The position numbers were made by a program, and so were the translations under genes. This document shows positions 54,421 through 64,000 of a stretch of DNA of 64,000 bases, piece after piece; the stretch's first letter is position 1; each line of letters begins with the position of its first letter. Under the pieces are notes generated by a model that was not told the DNA's origin, made no database searches, and worked only from the letters and a program-made list of their open reading frames with translations. The stretch is from the human T2T-CHM13v2.0 reference genome, Homo sapiens: NCBI RefSeq assembly GCF_009914755.1, contig NC_060927.1. One strand, 5' to 3'.

Positions 54421-55910
54421 TCAGAGATGTTCATCTTCCCTCCACCCCACACGGTTTCATACGTGGCATCCCAGGCAGTCCCCGGGGCTGGCTGCCCCAG
54501 CTCTATCATCCAGGCCCCTTCCTAGCCCATGCAGTGCCTCAGGACAGCCATAGGAGGGGAGAGGTATCTGTCTTCCCCAGCCGGTGGTCAACCAAATCTA
54601 AGCACATGGTCATGCCAGCCACCTCTCATGTCACCAAAACTCAGGGGCTTGAGGGTTTATACATCAAAGCTCCTACATCCATGCCTTGATTCTCTCCTCA
54701 ACACTGAGAATCTCAGTTCTTCACAGATGTACGCAGTGAAGAATTCCACAGGCCCAGGCCAGGGACAATTTAGCCGACCCTTTGATAATGACCATGGATT
54801 TTATTTTTCCTCCTGTCACTGTAAGATAGATATCTGAAAACAGTGCTACATACCACTCACCATTTTGGGGGGCCGGTGAGCATGAGTGGTGACCTGCAGG
54901 GTTGCCTTACAAAAACCCATGACATCACCTGGCACCCTGTCTCTGTCCTCCCTGGACGTTTGCGGCCTCTCTCAGCTCTCGCACCCAGCCATAGCAGGCT
55001 AAAGCGTCTGACAGCTTTGCATCTGCAATATCGAGATCCAGCAGCTTTCCACAATGGCTGGCTGCAGCATTTACAGTGACTCAGATCATTTTCAGAGTTT
55101 TCAAGTGTATTCTCTCAGATCAACCAAAATCTGTGATAGGAAATGATGCAGCATCAGATTGGTCCCGTGTTTTATACCAGATGTTTAAACAAGCAAAGAA
55201 GAAAGTATGCTTAAGAAAATACATGGAAAACACACAATCGCAGAGTTTGCCTTGCCAAATGGAGCCTCCTAAAGCCTCAGCATCTTTAGGAGGGGGGGAT
55301 GTTTTCTGAGAAACAGCTAATTCTCCAAGAGGCAAGAGCCCGGGATTAAGATAGGATCTCGGGCAGGAAATGAATGGGGCATTTCATAAATGTGCTTTTC
55401 ACTCAGAGCCGCTTAAAAGGTACAAGTCAAGCTAACTAGGCCCATGTGATGGCTCCAATTATTGGAATCCTGTGCCTGGTTACACCAGGCCTCGGTGCTG
55501 TCTCGTCTCCTGATGGTATCTCACACCCAGACTCACTGAGAGCACAGTGCGGATTTCTGTACAATAATTTCCTCACCAATGCTCCAGGAGGGGATGCCAG
55601 GAGCACAGCTGTTGTATTTGGCGTTTCAAGGTTGACAGCAAGAGCCTAAGGAAGACCCCTTTGACCAGCCTGGACTGTGCTGGCTTCTTTCTCTAAACTT
55701 TTACAGTAGCTGACTCTGCACCTAAAAATGTAGCTCCTAACTGGAAGTCAGAAGGGCTTGAAGGCACTATGGAGATCACACAACTCACCTCGCCCACCCC
55801 ACTGGTCCATAACGCATTCTCTCCTCAACGTTGCCAACAAGAATTGTGCAGACTCTGAAAGCCTGTCGAGGTGGGGCACTCACACCCTCCCCAGGGAGGT
55901 CATTCCGTCT

Positions 55911-56112
55911 CAGGTCGGTCTTTGAGTTCAGAGTATCTTCACCTCAGATCGGTCTTTGAGTTCAGAGTATCTTCACCTCAGGTCGGTCTTTGAGTTCAGA
56001 GTATCTTCACCTCAGGTCGGTCTTTGAGTTCAGAGTATCTTCACCTCAGGTTGGTCTTTGAGTTCAGAGTATCTTCACCTCAGGTCGGTCTTTGAGTTCT
56101 GAGTATCTTCAC
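55911..56112. repeat. 34-bp minisatellite (VNTR-like), 6 copies
   Basis: Unit CAGGTCGGTCTTTGAGTTCAGAGTATCTTCACCT starting at 55911, 55945, 55979, 56013, 56047, 56081; three substitutions in total. Confidence 0.97.
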
Positions 56113-56988
56113 AACAGTAGCCCAAGATGTGTCTTCCTGGAGCTTCCACTCATGGCTCATGGTTCTACTTCTGGAAGCCACACGATTCTACCTGTCTTCT
56201 GTCTGGCAACTCTTACACAGCCCTGGCCACACAGCTCCTTTTCTTTCTATAATTCCCCTCCAAAAATACCATTGGTTCTTTTCTAATTATTTAGCCACGT
56301 TTTCTGATCAGATAGACCTTACTAGCTTGGATTTTCCTTCCTTTGTGTTCGAGTTCCACCCCTGCCCTACTTCCTATTCCCACTGTCTTTCTTATCATAA
56401 ACCCAACACAGGGTTGAAGACATAGCAGACACCCAGCCAAACCGGAAACCTCTGCCTACAGCCACATCAAAGATTGGCTCGCATTCTCCTGAGGCTCTTC
56501 AAGTGGTGTTGGGAAGATTAATCAGCATCTTAGGCATCTATGAAGTGCCCTGAAAGCCTCAGGGGTGTGCAGCAATCACAGACCAAACACAGGCCAATCC
56601 CGAGCTGCACAACCCACGGTGGAGAGATGGAACCCTCATTTCAGCTCATAGCAGACACCCCCTTGGCCCTGGGCCTCAGCAGGGAATCCAGACATCAACA
56701 ATCAAAGACCATCTGATGCCTGCTTTCTGACTGCAACTTAGATGGGGAAGGATTTTGAAAATTGCTTAGACTTGAGTCTTGCAAATGAACTTTCACAAGG
56801 ATATAAAACAGCTGTGGGCAGAGTTTCACAGGATGCCACCGAGGCAGGAGGCCTAAGGCCTGTAGCCGAGCTCCTGAATTTCACGTCTCGGAGGCCACCG
56901 AGAATCTTAGAACCCTGGGGTTCCACGAAACACGGTGTGGACCTACCACCTCAGCTCTTGCTCTGTACCTTGATTTATGGAGGAACTA

Positions 56989-57540
<552 letters not shown>

Positions 57541-57626
57541 TCAGCATCCTTCTCTCTGTAAGTCAAAGTGATCCATGTAAAAAAGCCCATCACCTCTCAG
57601 ATAACAAATAGAATTGGGGAGTGGAT

Positions 57627-57950
57627 TTATCTATTTCTTTTAAATTGTCTAATTGATTGGCATATTTGTTCATAATAGCTTCCTATTATCTTTGTAGTAT
57701 CTGCAGCATCCCTACTGATGACTCCTTTGTCACTCCTGATTTGGGTTATTTGAGCCTTCTCTCGTGTTTTCTTTAACAGTCTTGCCATAGATGTGTCTAT
57801 TTTATTAATTTTTGCAAAAATCACACTCGTGTCTCTATTTCATTATGTATGCTCTTATCTTTATCATTTTCTTCCTTCTATTTTCTTTAAGTTTACTCAT
57901 TTGTAATTTTCTGACTTCTTGGATTGCAGACTTAGCTCATTAATTTTCAG
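57627..57950 (-). mobile_element. L1M ORF2 fragment
   Basis: Minus ORF FAKINKIDTSMARLLKKTREKAQITQIRSDKG...YYEQ matches the L1 ORF2p segment KINKID...IRNEKG...YYEQ. Confidence 0.85.
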
Positions 57951-58304
57951 ACCATTTTAAGTAACAGCTTTATTGAGATATAATTTATATACTATAAAAC
58001 TTATTCATTTAACATGCAATACTGCAGAAATCTTGTACATAGGTTGTTTTTTTACATGTGCAAGTTCTTTATTAATTTTAGACAAACTCACATTCTTTAT
58101 CTGGCTATTATCCCAATTTCCTGGAACTTTAGTCCTTCTGTTAATTATATCATCAGACTCTTGTACTTAGTGGATATTTTTCTCATCTTTAGTGTAGCTT
58201 GTGTATTCAGTGAAACCCTTTCATCCTAGATTATAGAATAGTTTCTCTAAAGTGTTGCTGTATTTCTCTAGGCAAATCAAAAGTATCAGCAGCCTAGGAC
58301 CCCA

Positions 58305-58427
58305 TTTTTAAGGGGTGGGGTCTTGCAACGTTGCCCAGGCTGAACTCGAACTCCTGGGCTCAAGGGGTCCTCCTGCCCAGCATCCCAAGTATCTGGGACT
58401 TTGGGGCACACACCACCATGCCTGGCT
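58305..58427 (-). mobile_element. FLAM/Alu monomer
   Basis: GTTGCCCAGGCTG..CTCGAACTCCTGGGCTCAAG...CACCATGCCTGGCT; single arm. Confidence 0.85.
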
Positions 58428-59474
58428 GTATATTAAGGGCTTTGGTTTGGTAGTGTCCTGGACTTCTGGATAGTATAAATTCACATGTAAATCTATATGA
58501 AACACAAGCCCTGAGTTTTGACTTCTTGGGGGAGAAATTTTCACTCTGTGCCCAAGCAGAAACAGACATGCTTTTTGTTATCTTGCTGTGCCAGTGGACG
58601 GGTTTTCCCCGAATCTCTACTTTCCCTGAGGGTGTGGCCCTCCAAGAATGCCAATTGTCAGCAGAAGTCTCCTTCTGTCTCCGTTCCTTCTCCAAGGTCT
58701 CATTTCCTGACCTTATGTGAGCATGAAGGCCCAAGCCCTTAGGTTGCTGAAACTGATGCCATCATGACCACCACCCCATCGCCACCATCAATCTCTCCCC
58801 ACAAATACCCCAAGAGTAGGCAGCAGCAACTCATTCACTCTCCACTGTAGCTGTTTATCCCCTGTTTGTTTCTGGTGTCTGGTAATTTTCTTTTCTTGCT
58901 TGCATGCTTGGCTATTGTTTACAATAATTTTTTTACATTTTATCCAGGTGTTTGTGGCAGAAGGGTTTATGTTTATCCAACATTTCCTAGAGGCTACTTT
59001 CTCCCGGGACTTTACAGTAGCTCTCATCAACACTATTTACCCTGCATCTACCACCGCACCTGTTTGGTAAATACAAGTAACTATTTCTTATAAGAATCAT
59101 GATATTTTAGAAACTTCATGGTGAGTCTAAGTGGAGAAACTTACAGTGAGTCTAAACTCTTCAAGGGCTAAATGTCGGTTGCTGTTGTAGTACCTGTACT
59201 CAGGCTAGGATTCTTTCCATCTTGCTGAAGGTTCTCATTCTATTCTGGCTAAAGAATCCTATAGATTTATGGATCCTGTATCAGAGATATTTAACATCTA
59301 TTTAGAAACAGCCAAGGATGGTATCAATAGTTTCTCATTTTAATCTCAGTATGTTCAGATGCCACATGAGGTCAAGAAAGTATAACTGATATACTTTAGG
59401 CTGCATTAGTGAAAGTGACTCCAACCAGAAATGAAGAGCTCTTTCTGACTCTCCAGTCAGTAAGTGGAGTGTGT

Positions 59475-59766
59475 GTTTGTTTGTTTTGAGATGGGGTCTC
59501 GCTCTGTCGCCCAGGCTGGAGTGCAGTGGCATGATCTCAGCTCACTGCAACCTCTGCTTTCTGGGTTCAAGCAATTCCCTGCCCCAGCCTCCCGAGTAGC
59601 TGGGATTACAGGCACCCACAACCACACCTGGCTAATTTTTGTATTTTTAGTAGAGACAGGGTTTCACCATCTTGGCCAGGCTGGTCTTGAACTCCTGACC
59701 TTGTGATCCACCCGCCTCAGCCTCCCAAAGTGCCGGGATTACAGGCGTGAGCCACCGCGCCCGGTC
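59475..59766 (-). mobile_element. Full-length Alu (AluSg-like)
   Basis: Both arms antisense; TSD GTAAGTGGAGT/GTGAGTGGAGT. Confidence 0.95.
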
Positions 59767-60934
59767 GTGAGTGGAGTTTTTGATTAGTATTTCTGCCCTT
59801 CTGTTCTTGATCATTAGGCATCATCAAGCCATTTATCAACTTGAGTTTATTATGGACTAAACAGGGTGATACTCCCTTTGATCTTAGAACATCTTTCTTC
59901 TATCTCCCCCGTGACATGTTGCACTCACATATTGTTGATATTCCCCTAATCTACTGATGCCGAACTTGGGGAAGGACTTGAGCAAAATTTCTTATGCCAC
60001 AGAGTGGTAAAGCCCTGTTCCATAAGGGAACATTTCAGGGCATTGGGCAGATAATTTATGTAACAAGATGCGACAAGGTAATTAGAAGGTAGAAGGAGAC
60101 TCCAGGACAAACATATCCTTATTGCAGCTAGAGGTCATGGTCGTGTCTGATGCCTCCCGTTTCTCCTGAAAATGCATCTGCTGCTGGTCATCAAATAGAA
60201 AGTTATGGCGATGGAAGTAGTTGAGAGGAGTCACTAAAACAAGAATAGAATTGCAACATGTTCAATAGTTTGTGAATTTTATGATGAGCCTTGTTGAAAA
60301 GGTTACCTTCTGAGCCAGGCTGGGGTTTCCATAGCTCCGTCCCAATAAGATGCAAACCTCATGTTGTTGGAAAAGCCTTTATTTCCTGTGTTTTATTCCA
60401 GGACACATGGAGTAACCACGATTCAATTGGGTTCTGGAGATGGGTACCAGTCCTGCCATCAGTCAGAGATCTGTGGTACGTTTGGAGCCAGAATCATATA
60501 AGACATCTCTTCTTCCTCTTGCTATGTCCTTTAGTGAGCTACTTCTAAGACATAAGAACTAAATAAAATTCTCTAAAGAGAACAAAACCCAGAGTCAACA
60601 AGGAAAATGCTGAGCTTAGTAACAAAAAATTCAAAAAGTCATCAGCAAACAAAAAGAGTATGTGTCAAACTGACACTCTGTTTTTAGCTGGTCCATCATG
60701 CCTGCTCTAGAGAGACGAATGCTGAGCTAACTCTCCGGTCAGCACGCGGTGCATCTCCTCCATCATAATTACTCCCATACTTAGGAGAACTGACCTGGAA
60801 TGAGAGTGTGGGAATCACATCATCTATTCTGAGTGCACAGCAGTTTTAAGTCCATTCCCTTGGGCAAGCTAAAAGGCAGGTCACTATAATTTGAATAGGA
60901 TGGAAGTAATTTGATTTTGTTAAGTTCTTTACAA

Positions 60935-61110
60935 TACATAGAATTATAGAATCATAAAACCTCAAGGTTGGAAGGGCCGTTTTGTCTTAAAGGGCGTTTT
61001 GTCTATCCAATTCAGGGATCTCCTTCACCACGTCCCTGCCAGTATGTTATACATGCTCTGCTTCAATAGCTGCAGGGATGGGAGCTTGCTTCTGCCCAAG
61101 AGAGTATAAT
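60935..61110 (-). mobile_element. L3/CR1 3' fragment
   Basis: CATAGAATTATAGAATCATA tail repeat followed by GGTTGGAAGGG, typical of antisense CR1 3' ends. Confidence 0.55.
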
Positions 61111-61772
61111 GAGACTGTCCCTTCCCCACAAAGAGGTGGAGATTTCCTACGGAAGATCACAGCTTTTCAAAAACCAAGTGTGCTACAAATGCATAGTGAG
61201 CCCTTGCGACAGACTCCTCCGTTCCTTCACTACCCCATGGTCTTCCTCTTGGGACCACCCCAAAGCTCTTCCCTTCGTCGAAAATCCTGTCCCATCCTTT
61301 CTTCCCACCTCTCTCCAACACTATTTCCCTGTTTACTGAGGAAATCCAGACCATCAGACAAAAGCCGTCAGCTTCCCTGCCCTCCTGCCCTCCCTCATCT
61401 CTCATCTTCACTTGCCCTTGTGCCCGAGGAAAGAGTGGCTCTCTTCTTGTCTCAAGGTAAACCTTCCTCTCTTGCTGGGGATCACACACCTGCTGCCATC
61501 TGTTAAATTTGAATGACCAGGCAAATCCTCTTCTCCAACCCTTCTGGATCATTCTCCTTCATCTAGAAACACGTTCAGGCCTTTCCTACACTTAAACATA
61601 GCCTCACTTCACTCTGCTGTTCCTCTCCCGGGGCTCCATCTGGGCTCATTCATCCAATTTTAGTTAACATAGGCTAGGCGACACTGCTATAACAAACAGC
61701 CCCAAGTCGAACACAACAAGGGTTGGGTTTATTTTTCCTCACTTAGGCAAGGTCCACTGCAGGTCACAGTGA

Positions 61773-62202
<430 letters not shown>

Positions 62203-63399
62203 TAGGAGAAGCGATAACCCCTCCTAACTCCAAGAAGGTGAGAAATGTTTCTCCTGTGTGCCAGAAAGGAGAAATTAACAGTAAATAGCTATTCACTGAA
62301 AGGTTCTTACCACACTTTCACCAGCTTCCTGGATACAGATTCAAGGTCTGCTGTCCTGGCTGCCTAGTTCTACCTTCACCCCTGAATCTGGCTTCTGCCC
62401 ACACCCTAGTGACACCGCTCATTGTTCCACTGACCAGTGGTGAACCCTATAGTCTTGGCTCTTCCTGTTTGGACCACAGGATCTCAGCTTCCTGCAGATT
62501 CCCCTTCACTGGGCTGTGCTTTGATGTTCTGCTCTGGGCTTTTCTTGACAGTCACTACAAGAAACAACCAGAACTCATTTTCTGCATTTGCTGTGGGATT
62601 CCTGTTGAAGAGCTTGTCTATATATGCCCCTATTTTCCTTAAGTAAACTCTAGGTGAAAAATAATTTTAGAATTTAGTGCCAGCAAAAGTACCATCTCTC
62701 CTAAGAAAATATGCTTCTATTACATAACGGTCTGCGTTTCACTTTTTATCATGCCTTGCCAAGAAGCTTAGAACTAAACTGGAGAATCAGTTTTAACAGG
62801 AATACTTAGTATTTTAGCTAACTTGCTTCCTCTTTTCCTCAGTCTCATCTTACCCCTCCAGCCTACTTGAAAAGTACCTTTTCTTCTGAGATCTTCCATT
62901 TATTTTTGAAAGTGCTAGGAGTATAAAAACATTAAAGCAACCTTTTCTGACCAGATTGAGGTGATGTGTCTGCAGCATTCCTAACCCTCCAGCACAGCTG
63001 AAGTGTCCCACAGACCCCTGCCAGGCTGAAATAAGTCACAGTCTTGTTAGAGAAGGTGGGAGAAGGTGCCCCGGGCAGAGAAACCATCAGCTCAGGCCCC
63101 ATCCTTCCAAATTATCCTGCTGAGCCCCAGGGCAGAGGCAGGAGATCCTGAAGAAGGAGCAGATTCTGAAGCTGTGGCTCTGCGGCACTCTCCCCTTCCA
63201 ACAGGGGCAGGCCTGGGGAAAGTCAGTGAATGCATAGAACAAGCAGAAGATACCAAAAGTCTAAGGAGAGAGCCTTTGTCCAAGAGGAGGAGCCGAAGAT
63301 CAAGGTTTGAGTATCAGGGTTATGCTATCATCACAAAACTAAATGGGATGTCTTCTCTATGCTCTGGGACAAATTAAATGGCACAATAATTATAATTGG

Positions 63400-63910
63400 A
63401 AGTTTTGATCAAATTTACCCAGCTGTTCTTTGAAATCTATTTGACTCCTTGTGTCCCTCCTGTTTCTATAATCTGTGATTGCTAATTTCACTGAGATTTT
63501 CTATTCTATTAGCAAACATAGTGCATAACATTCATTCATTTGAAACTGATGCCTTTTGCTCATATGGTGATAACCCTTTCTCAAGTCTAATGTTAGGTAA
63601 GTCTCCCTTTATTGTCCTAGTTAACCCCATTAGAAATCTGACTGTTTTGCTGTTTTTTTTTCAAGGGATTTGGATGGTTTATCATTTCTAATATTTTCTG
63701 CCTTACTGGTTTCTTCATTTTGTTCTTGCTGACTCCTTCCTTAAGTCTGTTTTGTTGGGGAGGTAGAGGAAGATTCACCTTTTTAGATAAAGGTAGGGTT
63801 AATTTTTATTCTTTTTATCAAACAATATAAACAATGCTATACCATTTCCTCTAAGTACAGTTTTGGTTGTATCCCTTGGGTTTGGATATGTAGGTTCTTG
63901 TTACTGTGGT
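63400..63910 (-). mobile_element. Old L1M fragment
   Basis: T-rich degenerate antisense ORF2-like sequence (TTTCCTCTAAGTACAG...TTTGGATATGT). Confidence 0.55.
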
Positions 63911-64000
63911 TTTACTTGACAAATGATTTGTTTTCTAGCCACATTGCTTCATAACTAGAGAACAGGGCCTCCGAGGCTTTTACCTTTTCAAATGTGTGGT

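Noticed and set aside
55911-56112. 34-bp repeats as a CRISPR array
   Set aside because: Units are contiguous with no unique spacers, there are no cas genes, and the DNA is primate

Overview
This is primate (human-like) euchromatic, repeat-rich, non-coding DNA. It carries Alu J/S/Y, L1PA and L1M, L2, L3/CR1, MIR, MaLR/ERVL LTRs, a HERV-E LTR2 solo LTR and hAT-Charlie DNA-transposon relics. I found no supportable protein-coding exon, structural RNA gene or CRISPR array, and I cannot name the locus from sequence alone. The supplied ORFs are Alu/L1-derived, simple-repeat-derived or chance ORFs in GC-rich DNA. The window reads as intergenic or deep-intronic regulatory territory. Most notable: (1) a HERV-E solo LTR with intact TATA but a broken poly(A) signal, pointing leftwards; (2) an orphan CpG-rich element at ~26.2-26.9 kb; (3) a ~435-bp almost pure pyrimidine (TCC/TCT) tract next to a still-readable Charlie transposase fossil; (4) two Alus with remodelled A-box regions (one triplicated, one replaced by a micro-inversion); (5) a series of short tandem duplications/VNTRs of different ages, several of which multiply TF or splice motifs; (6) several dense TF-motif clusters in unique DNA. 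I do not see evidence for a genuinely new biological system. Repeat subfamily names come from recalled consensus features, not from an alignment, and boundaries of old repeats are approximate.
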